A stretch of 64,000 nt of DNA. Source: an uncultured Lachnospiraceae bacterium (GTDB lineage Bacteria > Bacillota > Clostridia > Lachnospirales > Lachnospiraceae). A program made the position numbers and the translations under genes. The stretch is from the NCBI GenBank assembly GCA_947630085.1, contig CANRGP010000001.1, positions 9,232 to 73,231 of the forward strand. Direction: 5' to 3'. The stretch's first letter is position 1, and each line of letters begins with the position of its first letter. Positions 37,221 through 48,036 of this stretch are shown here, in pieces. The notes under the pieces were generated by a model that saw nothing but the letters and a program-made list of their open reading frames with translations, ran no database searches and had not been told where the DNA came from.

Positions 37221-39209
37221 ATGGCAACACGCAAAAAAGCATCCGGCGAAGCGGAAGCCGCTCCGGCAGCGGAGTATGTCCATACGGGCAAGCGGGGAAG
37301 GCCGAAAAAGATCATTCCGGTCGGTACCAATTTCATTACCCAGACGGACCGCTATCTTTTCGGTCAGGGTACGCACTACGGCATCTACAATAAGCTGGGA
37401 GCTCATCCGTGGCATTACAAGGGTGAGGACGGTATGTATTTTGCGGTATGGGCGCCGCACGCCGCGTCCGTATCTCTCGTAGGTGATTTCAACGGCTGGA
37501 ACCCGGATGCCAATCCCATGTTCCCGCTGGAGACATCCGGTATTTACGAGATCTTTATGCCGGGCATGGGGACCGGTGTTCTCTACAAATACGCCATTAC
37601 CACCCAGTACGGAGCCGTCTTGTTCAAAGCGGATCCCTATGCGTTTGAGGCGGAGTTCCGTCCCGGAACGGCCTCCATCACCGCCGACATTTCCGGCTTC
37701 AGCTGGAAAGACCAGAAATGGATGGAGCAGCGGAAGGAAAGAGATATCGTCAATTCGCCTCTGGCCATCTATGAAGTGCACATCGGTTCCTGGAAAAAGA
37801 AGGACCGGGAAGAAAAGAACGGATTCTACACATACATAGAAGCGGCACATGAGCTGGCGGAATACGTGAAGCAGATGGGCTACACGCACGTTGAGCTCAT
37901 GGGGATCGCGGAGCATCCCTTTGACGGCTCATGGGGTTATCAGGTGACCGGTTATTATGCTCCCACCTCGCGCTACGGCTCTGCCAAGGATTTTATGTAT
38001 TTCGTTAACCACCTTCACCGGGAAGGCATCGGTGTGATCCTGGACTGGGTTCCCGCCCACTTCCCCAGAGACGCGCACGGTCTGGCGGACTTTGACGGCG
38101 CGCCGCTGTATGAGTACGCGGACACCCGCAAGGGCGAGCATCCCGACTGGGGGACCAAGGTGTTTGACTACTCCAAGACAGAGGTCAAGAATTTCCTGAT
38201 CGCAAACGCCCTCTACTGGTTTGACCAGTATCACATCGACGGCCTCCGCGTCGACGCAGTGGCTTCCATGCTCTACCTGGATTACGGCCGTTCCTACGGC
38301 AACTGGTGTCCCAATATCTACGGCGGGAACCAGAACCTGGAGGCCATCGAATTCTTCCGGCATATCAACAGCGTGATCGCCGGCCGCAAGGACGGAACCA
38401 TGATCATTGCCGAAGAATCCACCGCCTGGCCCAAGGTTACCAGGCCGCCGGAAGAGGACGGGCTGGGCTTTACCTTCAAATGGAATATGGGATGGATGCA
38501 CGATTTCCTGGAATACATGAAGCAGGATCCCTACTTCCGCAAGTACCACCACAACAAGATGACCTTCGCCATGATGTACTCCACCAGCGAGAACTTTATC
38601 CTGGTGCTGTCCCACGATGAGGTGGTGCATCTGAAATGTTCCATGCTCACCAAGATGCCGGGCATTTACGAGGACAAATACGCCAATTTAAAGGTCGGCT
38701 ATACTTTCATGATGGGACACCCCGGAAAGAAGCTCCTGTTCATGGGACAGGATTTTGGCCAGTGGCATGAATGGGACGAAAGCGTTTCTCTGGACTGGCA
38801 TCTGACGGAGCAGCCGCTCCATCGGGATGTCCAGAAATATGTCAGCGACCTGCTGCACATTTACCAGACCTATCCGGCCATGTACACGCAGGATTATAAC
38901 TGGGACGGCTTCCAGTGGGTCAATGCCAACGACGGCGACCGAAGCATCTTCAGCTTTATCCGTTATGATGTGACCAGGAAGCGCAGCCTGCTCTTTGTCT
39001 GCAACTTTACGCCCATGGAACGCTCCGACTACCGTGTGGGCGTCCCCAAGAGCGGAAAATACACCCTCATCCTGGATGAGACTCACGGTTTATACCAGCG
39101 GAATGAGGAAAAGAAGGTCTTTCGGGCCGTTAAGGGAGAATGCGACGGGCAGCCCTACTCCGTAGCCTACCCGCTCCCGCCCTACGGAACCGCCATTTTC
39201 CGATTCTGA
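37221..39209 (+). CDS. glgB: 1,4-alpha-glucan branching enzyme
   Basis: FAVWAP, SWGYQ, DWVPAHF, GLRVDAVASM, AEEST, SHDEVVH. Confidence 0.96.
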   Translation: MATRKKASGEAEAAPAAEYVHTGKRGRPKKIIPVGTNFITQTDRYLFGQGTHYGIYNKLGAHPWHYKGEDGMYFAVWAPHAASVSLVGDFNGWNPDANPMFPLETSGIYEIFMPGMGTGVLYKYAITTQYGAVLFKADPYAFEAEFRPGTASITADISGFSWKDQKWMEQRKERDIVNSPLAIYEVHIGSWKKKDREEKNGFYTYIEAAHELAEYVKQMGYTHVELMGIAEHPFDGSWGYQVTGYYAPTSRYGSAKDFMYFVNHLHREGIGVILDWVPAHFPRDAHGLADFDGAPLYEYADTRKGEHPDWGTKVFDYSKTEVKNFLIANALYWFDQYHIDGLRVDAVASMLYLDYGRSYGNWCPNIYGGNQNLEAIEFFRHINSVIAGRKDGTMIIAEESTAWPKVTRPPEEDGLGFTFKWNMGWMHDFLEYMKQDPYFRKYHHNKMTFAMMYSTSENFILVLSHDEVVHLKCSMLTKMPGIYEDKYANLKVGYTFMMGHPGKKLLFMGQDFGQWHEWDESVSLDWHLTEQPLHRDVQKYVSDLLHIYQTYPAMYTQDYNWDGFQWVNANDGDRSIFSFIRYDVTRKRSLLFVCNFTPMERSDYRVGVPKSGKYTLILDETHGLYQRNEEKKVFRAVKGECDGQPYSVAYPLPPYGTAIFRF

Positions 39210-39363
39210 TCAGAAGCACCACATTTTGTCTCATGGAACGCAGTTTTCCATGAAGCCAGAAGATCCATGCACCCGGCGTCTGAAGGATCCGCGCCGGGTG
39301 CATAACGTAGTTGCGGCCTGCCGCCTTTCCCTTTTGCGCCGCACAAAGAAAGCGAGGATATTC

Positions 39364-40059
39364 ATGCAAACGATACTCGTCTGTGACGACGATAAGCAGA
39401 TTGTAGAAGCCATTGATATCTATCTGACCGGAGAAGGTTTCCGGGTCATCAAAGCCTACGACGGCTATGAGGCGCTGGAGCTGCTTGACAGTCATGATGT
39501 GGATCTGATGATCGTGGATGTAATGATGCCCGGACTGGACGGGATCCGCACCACGCTTAAAGTGCGGGAGACCAGCAGCATCCCCATTATTATCCTCTCG
39601 GCCAAATCCGAGGACAACGACAAGATCCTCGGCTTAAACATCGGGGCGGATGATTATATTTCCAAGCCCTTCAATCCCCTGGAGCTGGTCGCCCGCGTCA
39701 AATCGCATCTGCGCCGCTATACCCAGCTGGGCAACCTGACCCAGCAAACCGCGGACAATATATACAAATGCGGCGGCCTGCTGATCAACGACGACAACAA
39801 GGAGGTCAGTGTGGACGGCGAGCTGATCCGCCTGACGCCCATTGAATACAATATCCTTCTCCTTCTGGTGAAAAATGCCGGGAAGGTTTTTTCCATCGAC
39901 GAAATCTACGAGCAGATCTGGAACGAAGAAGCCATCGGGGCGGACAATACCGTTGCCGTCCATATCCGCCATATCCGGGAAAAGATCGAGATCAATCCCC
40001 GGGAACCGCGCTACCTGAAAGTCGTATGGGGAGTAGGATACAAGATCGAAAAACAGTAG
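39364..40059 (+). CDS. OmpR-family response regulator
   Basis: ILVCDDD, DVMMPGLDG, GADDYISKPF, TVAVHIRHIREK. Confidence 0.95.
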   Translation: MQTILVCDDDKQIVEAIDIYLTGEGFRVIKAYDGYEALELLDSHDVDLMIVDVMMPGLDGIRTTLKVRETSSIPIIILSAKSEDNDKILGLNIGADDYISKPFNPLELVARVKSHLRRYTQLGNLTQQTADNIYKCGGLLINDDNKEVSVDGELIRLTPIEYNILLLLVKNAGKVFSIDEIYEQIWNEEAIGADNTVAVHIRHIREKIEINPREPRYLKVVWGVGYKIEKQ

Positions 40060-40068
40060 GAGCAGATC

Positions 40069-42384
40069 ATGAAACGAAAAAACCGGTCTATTGCCCTGAA
40101 AAAACAGACAGCCCTGCTTCTGCATATAGTATTTCTGTGCCTGTTTTTGACCGGCCTCACTCTTGTTCTGTTCAACAAAAATTTTCGGAGGGGCCTGGGC
40201 TGGATCCAGGAGGAATCCTATGTAGATACGCTGCCGTTTACCCAGCAGCTCGAATCGGATGTGGAGACGATCTTTAAGTATATCCAGTACAAGGATCTCC
40301 TGGAAGAGGACGGCGAGATCAACTACGACGCGAGTATGTTCTGTGTGACCTACAATTCCGGCTATACCAAGATCTATACCCTGAATGAGGCGATCAGCTA
40401 TGCCCGGCGTCTCGGTTATTATCTGACGGATGCCTACGAGGTGGCCGGAGGGCCCGCCGTACATGAAAAAGATATGCCCGGCAATTCTTCACTGCTGATC
40501 GAATGGAAAGCCTACGACCCCGACGAGATCTACACGGAGCCGGGAGACGCGTTTTCAACCGTGGAGGATCTGTCGGTCCAGGTCCTCAATGTCCTCGCCG
40601 AGTATTATCATATCCGCTATAACTATATCGACCAGCCCTCCAATCTGTATTTCCGTGTTTCCTATCTGGACGATGCCGCAGACGGTTCCGGGGAAGCTGC
40701 CCGGAAGATCTATACCAATGCGCCGGATCTGAGCAACGAGGATCTTCGGAATATGGGCCGTTATCTCTTCATATCCGGTGATTCGATTTTCGTGGATTCC
40801 AATCTCAGACACGTTCCCACCAACATCACCTCGCAGCTGGTCACCCATAACCGGTCCGGGAACGATGATTATTATATCCTCCTGGGCATCGATACCGGCT
40901 TCCCCAATGCGGATCCCTATGCGGCGGCCAATTCCGAATATGACGGCATCCGGGCCGAATACATCGGCGGCGTCCTTCTCCTTGTACTGGGCCTTGCAGG
41001 TCTGGCGGCGACGTTCGTGATAATGGCCCGTCTCACCGGGCATACAGACGGTTCGCCATCGATTGCCCTCTACTATCCCGACAGGCTTCCTGCGGAATGT
41101 ACCCTTCTTCTTCTGGCGGCTGCCCTGCGGATCGGCGATCTGGTCTGCCAAAACGCACTGTACCGCTTCGTGCGGCTGTTCGTGAGCCGTGAGTATACTT
41201 CCTATGCGGAACAGGTGGTTCGCGGAGTGGTCCTGTACGCCATAGCCGCCGTTGTGTTTTTCAGCCTTCTGCGCAGCTTCAAAGCGCGCCGGCTCTGGAA
41301 AGACAGTCTCCTGTACCGCCTCTTCGGCCATCTGATGCGGGCGGTCTCCGGCTATCCGCTGCCTCTCAAATCCGCGTTCGGGTTCGCCGCATATCTGCTG
41401 TGCAGCGCGGGGCTGACAGCCGCGTGCCTGATCCTGTACTCCCGGAGGGTATCCATGCGGATCCCATACCTGTATCTGCTCCCGGCCCTGATCCTGGCAG
41501 TGTTCCAGGTCTGGGTATTCTTTCTCATATACCGGAGCCGCGTTGAAAGCGCTAAGATCAGCGGCGGAATCATGAAGATGTCCGGCGGAGACACTTCCTA
41601 TAAGATCGATTCCACGGGATTCTCGGAGGATGCCGCGCGCGTAAGCAACGCGCTGAATACCCTGGGCGACGGCCTGAATACGGCTCTCCAGGAGCGGGTA
41701 AAGAGCGAACGGCTGAAAGCCGACCTGATCACCAACGTTTCGCACGATATCAAAACGCCCTTGACTTCCATTATCAATTATGTGGATCTGCTGAAGCGCG
41801 AGCAGATCCAGGACGAGAAGATCCAGGGCTATCTAAATGTTCTCGATCAGAAATCCCAGCGCCTGAAGACGCTGACGGAGGATCTGGTAGAGGCTTCCAA
41901 GGCCAGCTCCGGCAACATCAAGCTGGAGATCTCGGATATCGATCTGGTGGAGCTGATCCACCAGTCCAACGGAGAATTTGAAGAACGCTTTGCCCGGCGG
42001 AACCTGGAACTGGTATCCAGCCTGCCTGCCGAAAGCATTCTGATCGCCGCCGACGGGCGGCGAATGTGGAGGGTCATTGAGAATCTGTATAACAATGCCT
42101 TTAAATATGCCATGGAAAACAGCAGAGTCTATGTTGACGTAGAGACCGAAGACGGTCTGGTCTGCTTTACCATGAAGAATGTATCCGCCAGCCCCCTGAA
42201 CATCCATGCGGACGAACTGACGGAACGGTTCGTCCGGGGCGACGTGGCGCGCACCACCGAGGGCAGCGGCCTCGGCCTTTCCATCGCGAAAAGCCTGACC
42301 GAGCTTCAGGGCGGAAAATTCCAGATCTATATTGACGGGGATCTGTTCAAGGTCCAGGTGACATTTCCGGTACTTCAAAAATAA
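40069..42384 (+). CDS. Multi-TM sensor histidine kinase
   Basis: H box NVSHDIKTPLT, N box NLYNNAFKY, GSGLGLSIA. Confidence 0.93.
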   Translation: MKRKNRSIALKKQTALLLHIVFLCLFLTGLTLVLFNKNFRRGLGWIQEESYVDTLPFTQQLESDVETIFKYIQYKDLLEEDGEINYDASMFCVTYNSGYTKIYTLNEAISYARRLGYYLTDAYEVAGGPAVHEKDMPGNSSLLIEWKAYDPDEIYTEPGDAFSTVEDLSVQVLNVLAEYYHIRYNYIDQPSNLYFRVSYLDDAADGSGEAARKIYTNAPDLSNEDLRNMGRYLFISGDSIFVDSNLRHVPTNITSQLVTHNRSGNDDYYILLGIDTGFPNADPYAAANSEYDGIRAEYIGGVLLLVLGLAGLAATFVIMARLTGHTDGSPSIALYYPDRLPAECTLLLLAAALRIGDLVCQNALYRFVRLFVSREYTSYAEQVVRGVVLYAIAAVVFFSLLRSFKARRLWKDSLLYRLFGHLMRAVSGYPLPLKSAFGFAAYLLCSAGLTAACLILYSRRVSMRIPYLYLLPALILAVFQVWVFFLIYRSRVESAKISGGIMKMSGGDTSYKIDSTGFSEDAARVSNALNTLGDGLNTALQERVKSERLKADLITNVSHDIKTPLTSIINYVDLLKREQIQDEKIQGYLNVLDQKSQRLKTLTEDLVEASKASSGNIKLEISDIDLVELIHQSNGEFEERFARRNLELVSSLPAESILIAADGRRMWRVIENLYNNAFKYAMENSRVYVDVETEDGLVCFTMKNVSASPLNIHADELTERFVRGDVARTTEGSGLGLSIAKSLTELQGGKFQIYIDGDLFKVQVTFPVLQK

Positions 42385-42394
42385 AATAGCCCTA

Positions 42395-42718
42395 GGCCGA
42401 CCTCGCCTTCGCTCCGCTTCGGCTCGGTCGCGGGCTTTCGCCCTATCAAAAAATGCGGAGACACCCGTTTTTATGCAAGCATAAACGGCAGCATCCGCAG
42501 GGCCGACCTCGCCTCCGCTCCGCTTCGGCTCGGTCGCGGGCTTTCGCCCTATCAAAAAATGCGGAGACACCCGTTTTTATGCTAGCTTATACGGCAACAT
42601 CCGCAGGGCCGACCTCGCCTTCGCTCCGCTTCGGCTCGGTCGCGGGCTTTCGCCCTATCAAAAAATGCGGAAACACCCGTTTTTATGCAAGCATAAACGG
42701 GTGTTTCCGCATTTTTTG
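42395..42718. repeat. Three tandem 106-bp palindromic REP/BIME-like units
   Basis: GGCCGACCTCG starts at 42395, 42501 and 42607; the last unit ends in a near-perfect hairpin. Confidence 0.92.
42659..42718. terminator. Bidirectional terminator between convergent genes
   Basis: AAAAAATGCGGAAACACCCGTTT...AAACGGGTGTTTCCGCATTTTTT. Confidence 0.75.
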
Positions 42719-42731
42719 GCCCTGCTCATTG

Positions 42732-44297
42732 CTAGCCGAATATCCTCCAACCGCAGATGAAATTGTTTCGCCACCATGGGCCCATGGTGCGGTGAACCAC
42801 TTTTCCGTTTCCGGACGACGCATCTACTACCGTCCCGTTCTCGGCCACGATTCCCACATGGCCTGAGACCACGATAATATCGCCGGCACGCAGATTGCCG
42901 AAGCTGGTGATCTTAGTGTATTTCCCTACGCTCTGCCATCCGGAGGATGTCAGATAGCTCTGCCTGACCCCCACCTGATTCAGGCACCAGTACACGAATC
43001 CGGAGCAGTCAAATGTGCTTGGCCCCTTAGCTCCCCACACATAGCTGCAGCCCAGCTTGGATTTTGCCACAGAGATCAGGGACGCTGCGCTTCCGCTTAC
43101 CGTTCCGGAGGAAGATCCCGAAGAGCCTCCGGAACCCGCGGAATACTTTCGGGGGTTGGATCCGGTCAGCTTGGCCATCGTCAGTGCGCCCACGGAACCG
43201 TCGCTGGAGAGCCCGTTCGCGCTCTGAAAGTTCTTGACCGCTTTTTCCGTTACTTCTCCGAAATATCCGGTGATGTTCGCTGAAGACAGATAGCCGTACT
43301 GGCTGAGAAGCTTCTGGATCCGTGTGACCGTCTCGTTCTGGTCGCCCAATCCGATCCCGTTGGGAACAGCCTCGCTGCTGTTCAGCGCCTGCCGGGTAGA
43401 CGGCCCCAGATACCCGTCCACAACCAGATCGTTCCGGGATTGGAATTGTTTTACCGCGGCCGTGGTGTCGGCGCCGTAGCTGCCGTCGGGCGTTGTCGTC
43501 ATGTATCCCAGGGTCTTCAGGCGTTCCTGCGCCGCAAGGACCACATCGCTTTTCTCACCGTACACAAGCATATTGGGCTGTACAATATCGCTGTAAAGAA
43601 GATTCATCGTCTGGCGTCCCACTTTGCCGTCCTGGGTAATCCCATTTAATTCCTGAAGCTTCTTCACAGCCTCCTCAGTCTTGTCGCCGAAGTTTCCGGT
43701 AACCAGGTTCTCCGACGCCAGATATCCCAGCTCATAAAGCCGGCCCTGTATTCTCTGAATGTCGCTCCCCTGATCTCCGTTGGACACCGCGTAATACTTG
43801 GCATCCGGATCCATAATAGCCTCGATCGTCGAGGGACCCACAACGCCGTCCTGATTGAGGCCGTTCTGCCGCTGGAACAGCATTACCGCCGCCCGCGTCA
43901 CCTCCCCGTAATATTCCGTTGGCTCGTCATAATCCATAAACCCCAGATCCATCAGCCTTTCCTGGAGCTCGGCTACAAATTCATATTTTTCACCAATGCG
44001 GATATATTCCGGCTGTCCCTCCGTCTCCGGCACCGGGAGATCCTTCAGGATATCATAATCCGGTCCGTCCATGGTCAGGCGGTCAAGACCGTCGACCACG
44101 GTACTTTCCTCCGGAATCGTCTCCGCTACCACAGGCCCCGGCGTCTCCTCCGCCGTTTCCTGCGCCGGAAGCCCGGACGCCGGCCCACAGCCCCCCTGGG
44201 AGAGCGCCAGGGCTGCGGCTGCAGATACGAGGATCCTTCTTCCTGCCGCCCGCCATCTCATTCCGGGAATCGATCGGTTTGTCGCAATATATCTCAT
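42732..44297 (-). CDS. Peptidoglycan-binding repeats + NlpC/P60 hydrolase
   Basis: Four PG_binding_1 repeats (Q.RL..LGY...T..AV..FQ...DG.VG); YVWG...FDCSGFV...HVGI. Confidence 0.9.
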   Translation of the reverse strand: MRYIATNRSIPGMRWRAAGRRILVSAAAALALSQGGCGPASGLPAQETAEETPGPVVAETIPEESTVVDGLDRLTMDGPDYDILKDLPVPETEGQPEYIRIGEKYEFVAELQERLMDLGFMDYDEPTEYYGEVTRAAVMLFQRQNGLNQDGVVGPSTIEAIMDPDAKYYAVSNGDQGSDIQRIQGRLYELGYLASENLVTGNFGDKTEEAVKKLQELNGITQDGKVGRQTMNLLYSDIVQPNMLVYGEKSDVVLAAQERLKTLGYMTTTPDGSYGADTTAAVKQFQSRNDLVVDGYLGPSTRQALNSSEAVPNGIGLGDQNETVTRIQKLLSQYGYLSSANITGYFGEVTEKAVKNFQSANGLSSDGSVGALTMAKLTGSNPRKYSAGSGGSSGSSSGTVSGSAASLISVAKSKLGCSYVWGAKGPSTFDCSGFVYWCLNQVGVRQSYLTSSGWQSVGKYTKITSFGNLRAGDIIVVSGHVGIVAENGTVVDASSGNGKVVHRTMGPWWRNNFICGWRIFG

Positions 44298-44506
44298 AGT
44301 ATCTTCATTCCTTCCTCATTTCCTTGCATCAGCAAAGTCCATGCGTCAGGCCGCACGGAAAAAGCCGAAAAGAAAGGAACCGGAATCATATGAATGTCTC
44401 AGATAATTCCGGTTCAATGATAACATTATCCTGGCGGCCCGTTTTCCGCAAGCTCTTCTCCGGTAACAGTCCCGCATCCGTCCTCCGGAAGCGGCGTCCC
44501 GCGGTC

Positions 44507-45883
44507 TTACTGCCTGAGCGCCTTTTTCTCCTGCTCCACAATGCCCCGGACGCTTTCAATGGAAGTTCCGAGCAATGTGGGAAGCTGCTTCTCCGGCATA
44601 GTAGGCGCGTAGTAGAAGCCCTGCTGCATCACACAGCCGCACTCTTCCAGGAACTTCTTCTGTTTGGCTGTCTCCACGCCCTCGGCGATCAGCTTCTTAT
44701 TCATCTTGAGGGCGATCTGTACCAGCCCTTCCACTACCGGCTCGCACTTGGAAGTATTCTCCAGCTCCCACACAAACATACGGTTAAACTTCAGCGTATC
44801 CACCGGGAGCTCAAATATCTTTACAAGCCCAGAGCTTCCGGATCCAAAGTTGTTCAGGATCAGCTCCACTCCCAGCCAGGACAGCGCCTGCAGACGGCCC
44901 GCCGCGTTGGAGTAATCGGCCGCTACCATATACTCGTCCACCTCGATAGCCAGCTTTCCGGGCGGAAGCTGATACCGTTCCACAACCGAGGCCACCTCCT
45001 GCACAAAATCGCCCTGCATCAGGAGCGTGGGAGAGATCGGGATCGCAATGGATTCAAACTCCTTGCCCTCGGCAATCAGCTTGGCAACCATAGCCGCCGC
45101 CTTGTCAAGCGCATAATACTCTACCTGGCGGATCTGGCCGGTATCCTCGGCCACGGGAAGGAACTCCACGCTGCCCACCATACCGATGTCCTGAATAAAG
45201 ATTCTCATATAAAACTCTGCTCTGGTGAAGAGCCCCGTCTCCAGATTGTAGGTGGGACGGTAGCGGACCTCCACTTCATTGTTGGCAAGAGCCGTACCCA
45301 GATAGCGGGCAATGGCCTGCCTCCGCAGAAACCGCTTATGCAGGTCCATGTCGTAAGCAAGGTATTGGTTGCTTCCCAGTTCAGAAGCCCTGGCAATAGC
45401 CAGATCCAGGCACTTCATCATGTCGTTCGCGTTGGAGGCGTAGCCCGGATAAGAGCAGAGGCCGATCTGTACGCTGCAGAAGCACTCCATGCCGCCTACA
45501 TCCCAGCTCTTGTTGAAGCGCTCGATCAGCTGATCCGCCAGATCGGAAGCTTCACCCATGGTGCGGTTCTTCATGATAACGATAAACTCTACGCCTACGT
45601 ACCGGTACACGGCGCAGCCGCTCTTCTTCTCCAGATATGTAAGGATCTGCTCCAGAAGATTTTCGCAGCGGTCATGTCCGAACAGGTCGTTCATCCGCTT
45701 GAAATTTTCGATATACAGCTTCAGTACGACGCCCTGATAGCCCATGAGAAACTGCGCTTCCAGACGGTTGTAGCAGTTGGCGCTGTCGCTTTCTTTTTTC
45801 GTTTCCTGACTGGTCAGATCTTTTGCGGCGTCTGCGGCCATTTCCTGCGGCTCATTCCGATCTTTTTTCCTAAATAATGCCAT
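44507..45883 (-). CDS. Degenerate GGDEF-EAL domain protein
   Basis: FKRMNDLFGH, YVGVEF, AEFYMR, NNFGSG, IAEGVET, QGFYY. Confidence 0.88.
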   Translation of the reverse strand: MALFRKKDRNEPQEMAADAAKDLTSQETKKESDSANCYNRLEAQFLMGYQGVVLKLYIENFKRMNDLFGHDRCENLLEQILTYLEKKSGCAVYRYVGVEFIVIMKNRTMGEASDLADQLIERFNKSWDVGGMECFCSVQIGLCSYPGYASNANDMMKCLDLAIARASELGSNQYLAYDMDLHKRFLRRQAIARYLGTALANNEVEVRYRPTYNLETGLFTRAEFYMRIFIQDIGMVGSVEFLPVAEDTGQIRQVEYYALDKAAAMVAKLIAEGKEFESIAIPISPTLLMQGDFVQEVASVVERYQLPPGKLAIEVDEYMVAADYSNAAGRLQALSWLGVELILNNFGSGSSGLVKIFELPVDTLKFNRMFVWELENTSKCEPVVEGLVQIALKMNKKLIAEGVETAKQKKFLEECGCVMQQGFYYAPTMPEKQLPTLLGTSIESVRGIVEQEKKALRQ

Positions 45884-46152
45884 GGCTTCCTTTCTCCCCT
45901 CGGTGAGATATGCTATAATTCAGTATACAATAAAAGCACAAAAGATGCAAGAAAAAAGAACCGATATTATTAAGTGTTGCGCCGTATTAACGGCAGTTTT
46001 TTCCGCGTCTCAGCAAACGCCGGAAATCTTTATATCCTTTCCTTTAACAATATTTCCGCGGAAAAGGTACCAGCCCGCGGCCAAACCGCAAAACCAGTAA
46101 GTTTTATTATTCCTTCTTGATAATTATGCAGCACAATCCCATACCACAAAAA

Positions 46153-47808
46153 CTATGACGGGTCGAAGCTTTTGAATGTATAATCCGTCTGCTCCCCCAT
46201 ACAATCAAGATGTAAAACAGAACCATATGAGTCAAACCAGGCGCCATAATATCCTGACTCATCGTCATACTCCGTATCATTCACATTCAGCATATTAAAA
46301 CATCCATCCAGCTTGTTCTCCTCAGAATCATACAAAGTAAATTCAAATACACCGTTTGTTATAGCCGCAATTACAAAATTACCATTAGCAGCGGAGTATT
46401 CATATATTCCGTTCATCTGCGGAATCGCAATACTGTCATTTACTGTCAGACCGCGAGATGCATAATCGCCGGTTGTGTCCTGCACGGACACAAGTTTATC
46501 CGTACCTTCTACCTCGCTCATCGCGTTGTTGATCAATTCAACATTTTTCTTTTCAATTTCCGTAAGCATATCGTCTGTAAACTGGTCGGCAGGGATCGAC
46601 GGAGAATACCAGGACTGCTGTCCGAAATAAGAATCCAGATCCTCCGAGGTGAACATTCTGCCATGACGTGCATAGATTTCGTTTTTCGCGATCCGTAAGG
46701 AGCTATAATCCATACCTGACAAATCCGCCATCGTCAGATAACGTTCCGAGCTCTCCGGCAGCAAATAATAAGCCTCGTCTTCGATCCCACCTGCGGTTTC
46801 ATATTCTTCCTCTGATGCCGGATCCGTCTCATCTGTCAGTTCTGCCATCATTTTCTCTGAAAATTCCCTGTCCATTTCAGCCATATCCATGGAGCCAAAC
46901 AGCGTATGTACTTCCGCCCACTCCGCAGCCGCCGCCATATCAACTTCCTCGTCAATGGATTTCACGTAGTCCTCTACCCAGGGCATTAAAAGATCCATCG
47001 TATCCGCAGCACGGGCTGCTCCGTCACTGTCCACCCAGATCACGTCCGTAATCCCTATGCTGTCCTCCACAGCTCCATACATGAAGCTGAGAGTAAATGA
47101 CATTCCCGGTATAAACACATCCACAGACCCCATTTCAGCATCGGAATCGTTTGAAGTGACCGTAAAGTCAGGCACGTCCCCCGAAAGTCCTGCCATATAA
47201 TCCACAAATCCGCCAAATGTCGCGTTCTCACATCCGGGAAGCAAGGCATCACGGATGATTGTAAATGGAACCGATTCATCAGATAAACCCGCTGTATAAT
47301 ACCCGGTAAAATATTCACTGTGTTCCGATATATATTTTAAACATTCTTCAGCCGGGTTCTCGTTCCCGTTTACCGTACCATCTAAGCCGGCAACAGCGTT
47401 AAAAGCAAATTGTGCTACATTCTGCCGAGGCGTATAGTCTTCATATCCCTCTCCAAAATCTGCATCATAAATATCAATGCTGCCGTCATCATCAACTACA
47501 AATATAACTTTCCAGGTACGTTCTTCACCGGTCGCGCCGTTCTTGACTTCCGTTGATACACTTACAAGCTGAAGCCCATCCTGATTATATGAGCTCCATG
47601 TGGAACCGTCCTGGTTATAATTAGAAAAAATTTCCTCCCAAGTATGCGGAAGTCCGAATGGCTTACTTTCCATGACTTGTTGAATCACCCTATCCTCTTC
47701 CGCTTTGGTTTCAGAATAGTCCGATGATCCGGCTCCGCCGCATCCGGAAACGCTCAGGCTTACCGCCAAACCAATTACGGCCCAAATCTTATACATACTC
47801 TTCTTCAT
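46153..47808 (-). CDS. Acidic YARHG-domain lipoprotein
   Basis: Lipobox VSGC; LRIAKNEIYARHGRMF...YFGQQSWY. Confidence 0.85.
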   Translation of the reverse strand: MKKSMYKIWAVIGLAVSLSVSGCGGAGSSDYSETKAEEDRVIQQVMESKPFGLPHTWEEIFSNYNQDGSTWSSYNQDGLQLVSVSTEVKNGATGEERTWKVIFVVDDDGSIDIYDADFGEGYEDYTPRQNVAQFAFNAVAGLDGTVNGNENPAEECLKYISEHSEYFTGYYTAGLSDESVPFTIIRDALLPGCENATFGGFVDYMAGLSGDVPDFTVTSNDSDAEMGSVDVFIPGMSFTLSFMYGAVEDSIGITDVIWVDSDGAARAADTMDLLMPWVEDYVKSIDEEVDMAAAAEWAEVHTLFGSMDMAEMDREFSEKMMAELTDETDPASEEEYETAGGIEDEAYYLLPESSERYLTMADLSGMDYSSLRIAKNEIYARHGRMFTSEDLDSYFGQQSWYSPSIPADQFTDDMLTEIEKKNVELINNAMSEVEGTDKLVSVQDTTGDYASRGLTVNDSIAIPQMNGIYEYSAANGNFVIAAITNGVFEFTLYDSEENKLDGCFNMLNVNDTEYDDESGYYGAWFDSYGSVLHLDCMGEQTDYTFKSFDPS

Positions 47809-48036
47809 TGTATTTTCACCTCTCGCAAGTCTTTTCGTCTATCTGCTATAAGACAGCCGAACTATAGTAAACACGATATGTATTATATGGCATTTTCCTG
47901 CTATTGTCTATCATATTTTCGATTTAGAATTATCAACTCCATGCAGAAAAATTCATCTTTTCATAACCCGGAGTCTATGATATACTATAAGCAAGAGCGA
48001 AACAATCTTACAGTTTTGCTTCTGAAAGGATCTTAT

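Noticed and set aside
42395-42718. Possible CRISPR array
   Set aside because: Whole 106-bp units are repeated with no unique spacers, and there are no cas genes in the window.
44324-45877. 517-aa plus-strand ORF and similar long antisense ORFs (6603-7985, 8921-10426, 57195-58541, 62577-63986)
   Set aside because: All mirror well-supported genes on the opposite strand.
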